From Felis catus (taxonomy: Eukaryota): DNA of 64,000 nucleotides. Positions 51,571-64,000 of the stretch are shown in pieces (the stretch's first letter is position 1; each line of letters starts with the position of its first letter). Under the pieces are notes generated by a model. The model had not been told where the DNA came from. It saw only the letters and a list, made by a program, of their open reading frames with translations, and did not search any database. The translations under genes and the position numbers were made by a program. The stretch spans positions 212,352,001 to 212,416,000 of the forward strand of contig NC_058368.1 of NCBI RefSeq assembly GCF_018350175.1, in the 5' to 3' direction.

Positions 51571-52499
51571 CATTTTACAAGTTCTGGTGTAAATTGTGAA
51601 TATCTATAAATGCAAGAGATCATTTTATTGGAGTTACTTTCCACTGATAGTTCTCATTGCACAACCTAATCATGAGTCCCTTGACACAACTTTACATTTC
51701 TAGGGAGAAGGAAAATAATGTCCCATAAGTTGAAAACGCAGTGTAAGGATGTGCACTTTACAATTGTCTTCTAAGAGTTCTAGAGGAGTGAAATTCATGG
51801 AAACTGTTCATTTTAAACTCCCATTTAACTCTTTAGGGAAGAAAATCTGAGACTCATCTATGAGGGAGGGGACAATGAGATCATTTTTGAAATTTCAGTT
51901 AGAATATTTGCATTGAAGTGGCAATTTTCCCTCAGAGTTGTTACTCTGAAGGATAGTGCACTGATTCTGATGATATGACCACTGTATAAAAATGTTTGTA
52001 GCTCCTTTTATGAGGTAATTGTCCTCAGATCCAACTTCTGAAAAATTGAGCTCTTATTACTACATAATCATCCTTAATGTTTAATGTAATCCTTAATGTC
52101 CACAGTCAGTATCATGCAACCTGCTGATGCACTTTACTTGCCATCTCTTACTTTGAGTCATTTTGGATTATGTAAGAAAATAAAATTCACTTTTAGAGGA
52201 TGAAGTTTCGCTAAAACTGACACTATTCAGAAGACCTGATGTCTGTAATAAAATGGAACTCTGACAAATTTTAAGTAATGGCAACTTAATGAGAATATGT
52301 GTATAGCTACCAAAGTGGAAGACCTTAAATAGGACAATACACATTTGTATGTGTAGGTTTTGATGTAGGTGTGTGTGACTGTGTGTATGTGTTTAAAATA
52401 AATCACATTTCTTGTAGTCATATTTTGTATACTGCAACCAAAAGCACAGAATCCTTTTTCATTGATAAACTTTGCCTATCTACAGCCAAGAACAAATAC

Positions 52500-52860
52500 T
52501 TTTTGATTATTCATTATTTACTGGGATAGTTATAGGCTCTGGGAAAAAACAGACACAGTCCCTGATTTTATGGAAGTTAAGTAAGTAGAGACAGACAAAT
52601 AAAATATATTTTGTGGCAATAAGTAATGTAAAGAAAAATTAAGGTCAGAGAGGAAGTGATAGGGTGGAGCTGCTATTTGGATAAGGTGGTTGGGAAAGAC
52701 CTATCCAATAAGGTGATGTTTGAGCAGACATGTAAAAAATTGAGGAAGCTAGACTTGTGGATATTTTGGGGAGTGTCAGGGTGGGCTGTTGAAGAGAGCA
52801 TTCCCTAGAGGGAACAGCAATTGCAAAGGGGGTATGCTTGCTTGACATAGTAAACTGTGA
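52500..52860 (-). mobile_element. L2 LINE fragment
   Basis: aacagacacagtccctg, aaggtgatgtttgagcagac, gagcattccctagagggaacagcaattgcaaagg. Confidence 0.7.
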
Positions 52861-53697
52861 GAACAAATATCCTGTCTCAAGAGACAATGCAAAACAGCTT
52901 CAGATTCAGAACTAAGTACAAATATACAGAGGAGGGAAAAACTGGTTTATACTGGGGTAAAATCTCTCCTGATCAAAGCTGAGGATAAGACCTACTTCTC
53001 TTCTCTTTGTGTCTTCTGCTCTCCATTCTACCCAAGAACATTTGGACTTGCTTTCCCTTTTAATTTTCTGGTCTCAAATTACTTGAATCGGATAAATCCA
53101 ATCATGGTATTCTAGATACATGTCCATGCAATTAGGATGCATCATTGTGGTTCAGTCATTGTGTTACTCAGCTTATGTTGAGGCATTAGAGTCAAAAAGC
53201 ATATTGCTAAGGGAGAAGCAGACTTTGATGAAATAGGGAAAATATTTTATGAGTCATTTTAGCTGAGATGACTTTGCTAAATTGTCTTTCTATCTACCAC
53301 AATCTTCATTTTCTACTCTTGGTTTCTAATGGAAAGCTTTCTGTTGGTTATAGAAGGCTCCTTTGCAGGATGGTGTCTCAAGTACTGTTAAACAGCCAAG
53401 TGGGGACTTCCGTTTAGCCCATGGAAGAAGTTGCCTGAAATGAGGGTTCTGTTTTACAAAAGTAAGAGGCGTGGGGGCTTAGTTGTAGCAATTAGAGTTT
53501 GAAGGAGCCATGGAGTTCTCTGTGATTACAACTTCTAAAGTTTACTTTTGGTGACATGAAGGCCCTGCTCAATTATGGTGGAATGGGAATTCACGTTAGC
53601 TGAGTGCTTTCTGTGTGGCTGACATTGTACTGGACACCTTCATGCATAGTATCTTATTTCATTAGCTCCTCAAGTCTGTGAAATATTGGCAGGGGCT

Positions 53698-54172
53698 TGT
53701 GCTAGGTCTTCTCTGTTTGCCCTTTAAGTCTGCTCTTCAGAGCTCTTTTTTGCCTTCTGCGTACTAAGACACTTCCCTCTGTGTATTTCATTAACTAGAC
53801 TCCTTTGCCAATGGGACAGATAGGCCAGAGATCCGCGAGTGGTAGGTGAGAGAGGGAGTGGTCTTTATCCTCCTTGCTCCTTACTTGCCAGGCTGCATGT
53901 TGGTCATGGCTGTGTTGGTCTTTGGAAGGCCCTCTGCTATAGCTACAGCATTACTTATATGTCTAACTTTTTCCTTCTTCCAGCTGATTTGGGGTCAGGA
54001 GGGAGGAGGGAAGAGGAAGTTCTGACTCTCTGCTTTGGTAGATCTGGAATGCTCCACCAATGCTTATGCACGTCCTTTACCTCGACCACACCTTTGTTAA
54101 TAATCCCTTCATTAAGTTCTCCTTATTTACCCCATTTGGATGTTCTTTCCTTTCTTGCTATGACTGTAACTG
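53698..54172 (+). mobile_element. ERVL-class solo LTR (LTR33-like) inserted in a reverse-strand MIR
   Basis: ccaatgggacag..ggccagagatc, ccacacctttgttaataatcccttcattaag; MIR halves at ~53590-53690 and ~54175-54325. Confidence 0.55.
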
Positions 54173-54584
54173 TTCCCTTTTTACTTGCCCCACTTATAGA
54201 GAAGAAATCTGAGTCTCAAAGAGGTTGAGGGATTTGTTCAAAGTTCCCCAACTAATTTGTCAGAGTCAGGATTTAAAACTAGTTCTATCTGACTCTAAAG
54301 CCTTACAGTTTTCAACACTTACCCATAAAGCTAGTTAATTGTGGAACTCCAACCTGAACCCAAGTTTGTAATCCCTCTCTAACCCCAATAAAGCTCCAAT
54401 AAAGATGTATATGAGTGTCACTCCATCATTGTTAGCTCTGTTTTTTTGTTTGTTGCTTTGAGAGAAAAACAATAAAATTTTTCTTAATGTGGAATGAGTT
54501 AAACGTTATTTTAAAGATTGAAGATTTTAAGATTTTAAACTTAATTATAACTGGTAATAAGATGGTTAAAAAAAGATAGGCACA

Positions 54585-54810
54585 GGGGCGCCTGGGTGGC
54601 TCAGTCAGTTAAGTGTCCGAGTTTGGCTCAGATCATGATCTCGTAGTACAGTCTGTGAGTTTGAGCCCCGTGTTGGGCTCTGTGGTGATAGCTGAGAGCC
54701 TAGAGCCTGCTTCGGATTCTGTGTCTCCCTCTCTCTCTGCCCCTCCCCCGCTCACATGCATGTGTGTGCACTCTCTCTCTCTCAAAAATAAATGAACATT
54801 AAAAAAATGT
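54585..54810 (+). mobile_element. CanSINE
   Basis: Complete element; near-TSD aaaaagataggcaca and aaaaaagtaggcaca. Confidence 0.94.
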
Positions 54811-56765
54811 AAAAAAGTAGGCACAATATGTGTTTTCATAGAATTTAGAGCTTACAGGAAGAATGATTGAAGAGTTCTGCAATTGTAAAATTGTGACTGT
54901 GATTGATAAATACTATGTAGAAGAGGTACCAAACCATGAAAACTTAAATGTAAGAGCGATTTAACCTCCTCATGGAGGACTGAGGATACTTCTTTTAAAA
55001 AATGATGTTCCAGCTAAGATTTGAAGGATAAGTAGGCATAGAGTGTAGTCTTCCCAAATAGAAGCTAAGATAAGTTAGTGGACAAAACTGCTTATTTCCC
55101 AACGTAAGAAAATTTTGTTCCATATAGTGGCCTGATTTTATTGCTTTGCTTCACTCACTGAGATGAGTTATCCTGGCCCGAAAGGAGATTGCTTAAGATG
55201 ACCTCTAGCTCTGAGAACATGAGATAGGTGAAGCCAAGAGTCCTGGAAACCTTGGACTCTGACAGAGAGAGCCCAGGGTACACAGGCATTGCCATAGGTT
55301 GTTGTTGCATCCAGGGACCTTAGAGATAATCTGATGCAACCCCTGTATTTAATAGGGAAGGAGACTAGAGAGCTACCACCGTGGTCTGGGGAATTAGTGT
55401 GGTATTAACTAAACACTAGAAGGGGGGACATCTACCTTCTATCAGCTTCTCATGCTTGCAGGTTGGGTAGCTGTGTCTGTGTAGATGGAATATAAGTAGT
55501 TTGGTAGTAGAAATATTAATTCTAGTGTTTATTAGGATACAAAGATTTTTTTTCAATAAAATTATTTGTCAGTACTTGTTGCTCTGGTTTTGAAGAGGGT
55601 CTGGACAGATTAGTCAAGACCACTAAATATACTCTCATACCATACTTTAGTACTGTGTATACTTTACATTATTATGTAATGATATTTCCTTGGATTTCAA
55701 AAACTATTAATTAATACATGCTTGTAATAAATATATTATTGCAAATTGTTTCATAACAAAGAAAAGGCAATGTTTAATAATTCCTTTTATGAGACTGCTA
55801 TTCCTTGATGTCAAAACAAGATAAAAATAGTTAAAATAAAAGTAATCTACCTCTTTTCACAGCCTGGTAAAATGCTGGACCAGCATTTGATTCCATGTCT
55901 GCTTGCCTGAGGTCTCCTTCTCTCAAATATCCTTTTTATTTTGGAATAGTTTTAAACTTACATAGAAGTTGCAAAGATAATACAGTGAGTTCTCATATAC
56001 TGCTTGCCCAGTTTCCCTCATTATTAACATCTTACTCAAGTTCTTTTAAAATAAAAAAATTTAAATCAATTCTAACTCAGATGTGGGGTGCTGAATAAAC
56101 ACATGGTCCACAAAAAATTCTCTAAGAGAAAACATCTGAAAACTTTGTAGCATAAACTTGGAACCATATGATAATTGCTTCCTAGAAGAGGGTTTAATGG
56201 TGATAGGCAAAAAGTAATGAATGGAAGGAAAGAATAGGATGAGGAATTCAGGTAATAATCTAGATATTTCTGTCAGGTATCTGGGGTTTTTAGTCCTCAC
56301 TATTCTTTAAGCATAATTATATATTTGGAGAGTCGTTTCCATTGCTGTATAAGATTGTATCCATATCTTTCTATTAAGAGGGAAACACTCTAATATTTCC
56401 CAGCATATTACAACTTGTGTTTAGCTGTGACTGAGGATAAGTCAATAATATACTTAATTGACATACTCCATCATAGAGATTTCTCTGTCTTAACAAACAT
56501 GGTGCAAGGTAGTATGTCATTTGCCTCTGGAATCTCTTCAAATGTGTTTGGAATATATATACACATATATACTCTACATACCTTGCATTTCATCACCATA
56601 TTGTGGTTTCTGAATGTGTGGAATTAGGGTTCTAAATGAAAGAATAAAGGGAGACATGGAGTCATTTTAAAATACGATTTTTTACAATTTTGAGAGCAAG
56701 GACGGAAAAGAACTACAAAAATGACATACGAATGTAATCACTGTCTTTTGTAGCCTTTGTCTTCT

Positions 56766-56800
<35 letters not shown>

Positions 56801-57852
56801 ACCTTGAGTCAGTTTTCCTTCTGTTGTATTCAAGTCTTTCCAGTAGACTGGCTTTACATTGCTTGCAGCCTGGACTTGGCCCCTGAAGAGGTATTAAGAG
56901 GAACAGTTTAATGGTTAGCAAGTTATGCTGGGAGCTGAGGTTGCTGAGGCAGAACAGGACACAATTGTCCAGACTGGTTGCTTGGGGAACAAGGTTGTCT
57001 GGATGGTGTAAGTTTAACTTAATGGCTTTGGCAGTGGCCAAAGGCAGTGGTTAAAGAATGTCCTAAAGAGAGAGGGAGTAAAGGGGCTGCTGCCCTGGAG
57101 TTCACTTGTAGTTTGTTGTTCATAATTTCTATCTTATCCTCAACTAATGTGGGATCCTAGTGTAGTTTAGGGGCTTATAGAGCTTTGAAAAAGGTAAGAT
57201 AGGAAGATTATTAGCAAACTGCTGGTGGGGAATTAAGTGTCCCTGAACAGCAATGCTAGTGACTGTGAATATAATATAGAGCTGGGCTATTTATCCTTCG
57301 GTATTTTAGTGATATATACCTCATGCCCTTGCCTCTTTGCTCACCTTGGGGAGAACTCTGTTTGCAATAAATAAGCTTATGATGTCCAGAGAGGAGTTTT
57401 GACAGTAAAACTGTATGACTTTGTTTTCCTTCACCACAAATATTTGTATTTTAAGACACTCTCCAAGCCCCATAGCAAAAGATTTTAAAGCAGCCAGGCT
57501 GTAAAAGAAATCTCTGTGAAGATAATGGAAAACACCCTTAGAAGCCTAAAAAGAATTTCTTGTGTTCTGTCTTGCTTATCTTCTTTTGTAGCCTTGGTTT
57601 TGATGGAAGTTTATTAAGGTGTACATGTGATTGGGATAGGAGAGGGAAACTCAGGATATGTAAGGAGAATCATTCTACCTAATGGTATGCTGCAACTATA
57701 GGAGGGACTGAGTTTGGGAATCTATTTGTCCATTTACTAAAAATACTAGACACTCTGTAAAGGTCAGTTATATCGGTTAGAGGAAAAGTACATTCATGGC
57801 CATGACTACAGCCTTAATTAAGGGCCAGATAAATTAAAAAGTACTGTCATTG

Positions 57853-57905
57853 TATGGAAACCAATTTGTCAATAAATTTCATATAAAAAAATAAATAAAT
57901 TAAAA
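57853..57905 (+). mobile_element. Extremely 5'-truncated felid L1 (last ~32 nt of the 3'UTR plus A-rich tail)
   Basis: tatggaaaccaatttgtcaataaatttcatat plus A tail; perfect TSD aaaaagtactgtcattg at 57836-57852 and 57906-57922; matches the L1 3' end at 63035-63070 (reverse strand). Confidence 0.9.
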
Positions 57906-60009
57906 AAAAAGTACTGTCATTGATCCCAAGAGAAGTCCAGATTGGAGAAAATGTTCAGATGGGTTAGTGAAAATTCATCACGTCTACAAGAGGACAAATA
58001 ACTTGAAAAAACAGGCACATGCAGATTTTACAGGTTCACTAGCATTGTCTTAAGTTATAGGAGGATGAGAAACAAAATTCGGGAATAATTTTAAAGATAT
58101 AGTAGAATTTCTGTATTGGAATAATTTCTATTTTGAATGATTTCAGAAGGTAATTTTCAAGAATGTGCTAATGGAGATATTCTAGGGATTGTATTATAGT
58201 TGTTCTGTGCTAGAGGATACTAATTTGAATTCTAAAATAATTGTATCTAGAAGTTTTAAGTGTGCATAAAAGGAGAGGGCACTGGGGCCTGATTACATCC
58301 ATTTACTTCAGTTGATTTTTTTCATTCATTCATTCTTCAAGCTTTTATTGAAAACAGATTATGTGCTAGGCACTTTTTGGTGAATGTGCAAGAATGCTAC
58401 ACTTCTCAGTGGCAGTTTTCACCTTTAGAGGACAAGCTTTCCTAGAAGAGAGCTTCTAGGGCTTGATAACAAGCCCAAATAAGTGAAGGCAAGTAAAGCC
58501 ACCATGTGGTGAGATACAGGCTCATCTAGAAGCCTCTGACAAATGTCCCATGGTCCTTTGGGGATGTTTTCACAATTTGCTTATTTGAAATGTCCTTTTT
58601 GAGTTTTAGGGAGGAACTAAGCACAAATTTCTTTTAGGGCCTGGCTGTTTTAAAATCTTGTGTTATCTGTCTGTCTCACCATACAGATATTTATGGTGAA
58701 GCAAAGCATTGTTCTTGCTTTATTTGCTAGGAAAGTTCTTTAATTTTTATGCGAAGTGTAGAACTTTATAGGTCAGAAAAAGTGAACTGCAGTTTTCTCT
58801 AACAAAACTTCCCTCTCTACTCCCTACTTTCAGTTTCTCAGTATCTACATCAACATTTTCTAAGGGTTTTCTTTTCTGTATTTTTTACTTGCTAATCTTG
58901 TATCTGATTTATCTTTTTTCCCCATGTCTTCAGTGTTTGGGAAGATTTGGCTATAGTTTTTAAATATTCAAGGTCTTTGCTGTGGTTTCTAATATGCCTT
59001 TCCCAAGTTTCTAATAATAGCTTCCTCTGATCATTTTGGTGGCAGCCAGGAGCTGCTTGGGTGATTGAGTTGCTCTTTCTAAATGTAATTTATTGTTTTT
59101 TTTTTTTTTTTTTTATTGGAAGAGATGGCTATTCTTGGAGAGTAAAAGAGTTAGAATGTAGATGATTTGATTTTATATTTTAATTCTCATAATTAGCCAT
59201 TGCCAATGCATAATGCTTTTAGGGTTTAGAGTAGGAGGTTGGTATAAATATTGGTTATTTGTTTTCTCTGACCCACTTGCTCTCAGAATTTTACCAGATT
59301 TATGGAACTTAAGTAACAGCTTGGAGTAGCAGTGGAACTTATTTCTAAGTATGTTTAGTGCCCTTATCTTAATGCTAGATATATAATAAAGGATGCTTTT
59401 TTTAATGACCAACTTTTTTCTACTTTAGCCTTCATTCATCTTGGACAGTAGTTTCTCTGACTAAAAGATCTTCAATGATTTGTTTGCCAAATGCTCATTT
59501 TAAAAATAAAAAAAAATCTTAGAATTGAAGAAATCTTAGAAACTCTGTTTTTCATTTGGTGAAAAATATATTCATACTCTGCTTGAACAGTTTTATTGAA
59601 AGTGAACATTTTATTGAAAGTGAATCATTCCATTTGTAAAATATCTAACCATACATTTAACAGAAATATGTTTTCTGTAACTTCTACTCACTTATTCTAG
59701 AGTCTTCTGTAAACAAATGGAACAACTTTTTCCCTTACACATTTAAAATTGGTTACTATGTCCCACAAAGCTTTTTTTCTTACAGAGCAAACATCCATAA
59801 TCAATTTATACAATGTGGTTTTGGAGACTATCATTATTCATTCATTCATTCAATCCATGTAAGTTTTTTGAGGTATTACGTGTTGGGTATTGTATGTTGA
59901 AGTTTCCCAGGAAGATAAGAATTAAACACTAAACTCAAAAAGTTTAGACTTTAATGGAAAAGATGTTTTAGCATCATTAGCACTAAATAAAAGTATATAC
60001 TACATGGTA

Positions 60010-60460
60010 TAGAATGTATAGCAGATGCATCAAAGACATTTCGTTTTCTCAAAGTGTCATCTAAATTGGGATTTGAAGGCAGAGAGATATTTGGATTGAA
60101 CAATAGCAAAAGCATAGAGATATAAAAACAATGTGACACATTCTGGTGAAATATGGCAGGAATGAAAACAGCATGTGGTGTAGTGTTGGGAGAGAAGAAG
60201 ACTAGAGAAGGATCTATAGATTATAGACCAAGTCCAGACCACAAAGAATCTCGTGTATTTAATGGAGTTTGAATTTTATACTGAGCACCGTGGGTAGTTA
60301 TTGAAGTATTTTAAGCAGGGAAGCAACTTGATTACATCTGGTTTTTAGTCAGATCACCCTGGCATTGGGTAAAGGGAGAATAGGTTAAACTAAAGTAAAC
60401 CTAGAATCTAGGAACCTATTTAGGCTATTAATAAGTAATTCAGGAAGAACTTTGGGGGGT
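60010..60460 (-). mobile_element. L2 LINE fragment
   Basis: ggagtttgaattttatactgagc..tgggtagttattgaagtattttaagcagggaag...agatcaccctggc. Confidence 0.65.
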
Positions 60461-60616
60461 CTGAACTTAACAAAGAAAAAGGAGGGAGGGCAAGGAGTGA
60501 GAAAGAAAAAAGAAAAAGAAGGAAAGAAAAGAAAGAAAAACAGAAGGAAAGACAGAAGGGAAGACCGAGAAAGAAAGAGAAAGGGAGATGGTTGGTGGAT
60601 AGAAGAGAGCGATATC

Positions 60617-60793
60617 TAGTGTCCTTGTTTTCAAACTTTACATTAGAATCACCTGGGGAGTTTTAGAAAAAACATTGTTGCCTCAGTCCACCCCTTGAAA
60701 TGGATTACTTGGTGCAGGATGCAGCCTGAGCATCAGGATTTTTAAAAGCTAAGCAAGGGATTCTAATTGTGCAACAAAGTTTGAGAACCACCG
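60617..60793. mobile_element. MER5A-like hAT-Charlie relic
   Basis: ttctcaaact-like start, cattagaatcacctggggag, gggattctaat..gtgcaacaaagtttgagaaccacc. Confidence 0.7.
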
Positions 60794-61915
60794 ATCTATA
60801 TGTTTCAGTAACTGAGTAGGTTTTAAACATCTTTAAAATGGTACCAAAATAGACAAAAATGGTACCAAAAATAGACAAAATGCTATAAATGTGCTCTGAT
60901 CAGGGAAAAATGGGAAAATTACTTCCTCGGATCAGGATACTATTCTTCTTTATTAATGAAGCCTAAGAATTTATTTACCATTTTGAATCACATCATATCG
61001 TTTCGTAGAGCAAGTCCATAATTAACTAAAACCTACATGCCTTTTTCATAAGAACTGAGTTGTCTTCATTGAGCTCCCAGAAATTCATCACAGTTCAGAT
61101 TTTCCCACCCTGGTACTGTTTTTCCATTGTAGGAACGTCAGAGTGCCATGGCTTCCTGTAATTTTCCTGTTAGTCTCTCCACTACTGGGGACAATGGTTT
61201 GCTCTTTTTCCTCCTCTCTCCTACGGATCCAAGAAGAGTTGTTGATTTTTCAGCTTGTTCATCTTATTACTTATTATTAGGATGAAATGGCAACTTCCAA
61301 GCTCCTTACAAACAGAACTGGAAACTGGAAGTTGCAGTTGATTTTCTAGATGTAAATATAGGTTTTATATTCAGCCATATTTAATGTTACCTTATTAGGT
61401 TTAGCTCATGGTTCACCAAATTTTATATAAATCCTATAATCAAACTCTTTTAGCTTTGTCATCCATAGATATAAATATGCCTTCTAAGTCTTTAATCAGA
61501 TTATTGACAAAAGACAGTAAATAGGACAAAGACAATGATCACTGAGTTTTCTAGCTCTGCTAGAAAAATATGTGAATGCATGTGTGTGCACATGCTTGCA
61601 GGGTGGGGAATGGGGGTTACAAATACATATTTTCCCAGCTTTAAAGCTTATAGGCTCACATTTAGAGGTCAGTTGGAATAAAAATATCTTATTGAAAGAT
61701 CCTGGGAGGTCTAGTTGAGTGAATTCTGCTTATGTGAGTGCCTATAATATTCCTAGGAAGTGGACTTCTCTTTAGGAAAATCTGATGCATTTTTTTACTT
61801 CTTTATGACTAATAAAGACAGTGTGAGAGTTCTTAAGCTTTTCATTTACAAAATTTTTCAAAGAAGTTCCTGAAAAAGGCCTGATAGAAAAGTCCATTTA
61901 AAGATATTTAGCCAA

Positions 61916-62139
61916 GGGGCACCCTTGGTGACTCAGTTGGTTAAGCGTCTGACTCTTGATTTCAACTGAAGTCATGATCTCAAGGTTCCCTTCATGAGTG
62001 CAAGCCCCATGTTGGGCTCTGTGCTGACAGTGCAGAGTCTGCTTTGGATTCTCCCCCTCTCTCTCTGCCCCTTCCCCACGTACCTCTGTGCTTTAGCTCT
62101 ATATCTCTGTTTCTCTCACAATAAATAATTAAACAAAAA
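61916..62139 (+). mobile_element. CanSINE
   Basis: Complete element; TSD aaagatatttagcca at 61900-61914 and 62140-62154. Confidence 0.94.
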
Positions 62140-62939
62140 AAAGATATTTAGCCAGCAGGTCTTCTGCAAGCTGTGATTTACAATATACTAAGGACAGAGG
62201 TGGGGAAATGACCAGTAATATCCCTTTAGGATAAAAAGGCCATTTAAGTCTCTTCATGAATTGAATTAATGATATTTTTTCAAAGCATTGGACTTCAACA
62301 TCAGGGATCTGAGGATGTCAGAAGTTCAAATATTACCAAACAACAAAGTATCATTAAACCAGTTAAAGGATGTGAATGCTATTTTCCTCAAACCTGATGG
62401 AAAGCTACAGATAAACTGTGAAACTCACTAATATAATTTCATTGGATTTCATATAGAAGAACTCTACTAGACAAAAGCTTTGGACCCAAGACATTTAATT
62501 GTAGACTTTTTTCCAAAGTAAATATTTTCTGTTATAGACTTTAACAAAAAAGGATTTGCTGTATAAAACCCAAAGACATTTTTAAACATAGCATGATGAA
62601 AAGGATTTTTACATGAGTAAAGAAAGCATCTGGGAGTTCTGAATACTTCCTTTGGAAAATAATTATTGCAGAATTATGAAACTAATTAAAACAGTCACTT
62701 TCAACTTTCAAGGTTAAAGTTTCCATTAAGGTTGATCCTAATAAAAATTTTGGAAGCAGATGAAGTTTGTCTTTGCTGGGCCTGTTAGCCCTATTCAGTT
62801 CTATGTCTCTGTCTACCTTCTGCTATGTCTTACTCTAGGATATCTACTGCTCTTATGTACCATGTCCAGGGCTGCCTTCCTATCTTCCACCTCCCTATCA
62901 CTAGCATTTTGGACAGCATACTTCGGGCTTGCTTGCTTG

Positions 62940-62940
<1 letters not shown>

Positions 62941-62983
<43 letters not shown>

Positions 62984-62993
62984 ATTCTGGGTT

Positions 62994-63032
<39 letters not shown>

Positions 63033-63128
63033 TAAATATGAAATTTATTTTCAAATTGATTTCCATACAACACCCAGTGCTCATCCCAACAGGTGCCCTC
63101 CTCAATACCCATCACCCACCTACCCCTC
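62941..63128 (-). mobile_element. Short felid L1 3' end with compound (TAAA)n / (GAAA)n tail
   Basis: atatgaaatttattttcaaattgatttccatacaacacccagtgctcatcccaacaggtgccctcctcaat is the reverse complement of the felid L1 3' terminus. Confidence 0.88.
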
Positions 63129-63342
63129 CACCTGGGTGGCTCAGTTGGTTAAGCATCTAACTTCAGCTCAGGTCATGATCTCATAGTTTGTCAGTTCGAG
63201 CCCTGCATCAGTCTCTGTGTTGACAGTGTGGAGCCTGGAGCCTGCCTCAGATTCTGTGTCTCCCTCTCTTTCTGCCTCTCCCTGGCTTGTGTTCTGTCTC
63301 TCTCAAAAATAAATAAAAGCATTAAAAAATAAATAAATAAAA
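63129..63342 (+). mobile_element. CanSINE lacking its first ~4 nt (GGGG)
   Basis: Starts cacctgggtggctcag directly against the L1 fragment; otherwise complete with A tail. Confidence 0.93.
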
Positions 63343-63344
63343 TT

Positions 63345-63580
63345 TTACCCTCTCTTTCCAGTTACTTCCTAGTTCCTTTCTCTGCTTTATTTTTTTCATG
63401 GCATTTATCACCACCTGATATACTGTTGATTGACTGATTGGTTGATTCTCTATCTACCACTAAAATTGAGCTCTATGAGGACAGTTTTCTTTCCTGCTTT
63501 GATCACTTATTTATTCCATATCAAGTACAGTTCCTGCCAAGTAATATCTCTCAAATATTTGCTGAATGCATGAATGAACT
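63345..63580 (+). mobile_element. L2 LINE 3' end
   Basis: gcatttatcaccacctga, gagctctatgaggacag, ctcaaatatttgctgaatgcatgaatgaa. Confidence 0.75.
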
Positions 63581-63654
63581 CCTTTGGAAAAGAATCTAGC
63601 AGTATTTATTCATACTAAAAATGCACATATTGTTTCTCTTAGCAGTCTTACTTG

Positions 63655-64000
63655 TAAATTAATGTTTGTTGCATATATTTTGCTCCTCCTTGCATTGAGA
63701 GGTGAGGTTTATGTTCCCTTCCCTTGAATCTAGATGTAGACTGTATGACTGACTGACCAACAGAATATGGTTGAAGGGACACTGACAGTTTCCAGAACCA
63801 AGCCTTAAGAGATTAGCAGTTCCTGTTTCCTGTCTGTGGGAAACTTGCTCTTAGAACCAGTCACCATGCGGTGAGGAAGCCTGAGCAGTCCACAGAGAGT
63901 CCAGGTAGAAAGGAATCAAAGTCTTTGATTAATAGTCCCATCTGAGCCCCCCAGCTAACATCCAGCAAGAACTTGCCAACTAATAGCTGTTTGAAATGAG
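63655..64000 (+). mobile_element. MLT1-type MaLR LTR (runs off the window end)
   Basis: cccttgaatct, tgaccaacagaatatgg, agccttaagaga, caccatgcggtgaggaagcc. Confidence 0.75.

Noticed and set aside
56770..56799. T30 run as a solitary poly(A) retro-insertion
   Set aside because: No flanking target-site duplication; treated as a simple homopolymer.
60835..60880. Short direct repeat aaaatggtaccaaaatagac x2 (similar case at 9296-9372)
   Set aside because: Two-copy local duplications with no spacer array; not CRISPR-like.

Overview
Mammalian, most likely felid, non-coding genomic DNA. The assignment rests on tRNA-derived carnivore CanSINEs of the feliform type and felid-type L1 5'UTR and 3' ends. 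No host protein-coding exon, RNA gene or prokaryotic-type system is recognisable. The window looks like part of a long intron, tentatively transcribed from the + strand (T-rich top strand by eye, strong + strand acceptor motifs); the host gene cannot be named. It contains about 13 CanSINEs, young and old L1 copies, MIR/L2/CR1 relics, MaLR/ERVL LTRs, DNA-transposon relics and microsatellites. Two observations stand out. (1) A young L1 with a complete CpG-rich 5'UTR and intact ORF1 is cut off inside the ORF2 endonuclease domain, has no 3'UTR or poly(A), and sits inside a SINE between perfect 18-bp target-site duplications (a de novo half-L1, probably internally primed). (2) A branch point-polypyrimidine-CAG|GTGAGT recursive-splice-like site lies at 31762/31763 in a ~7.5 kb block free of recognisable repeats. 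Repeat family names are from recalled consensus, not a database search; boundaries of old repeats are approximate.
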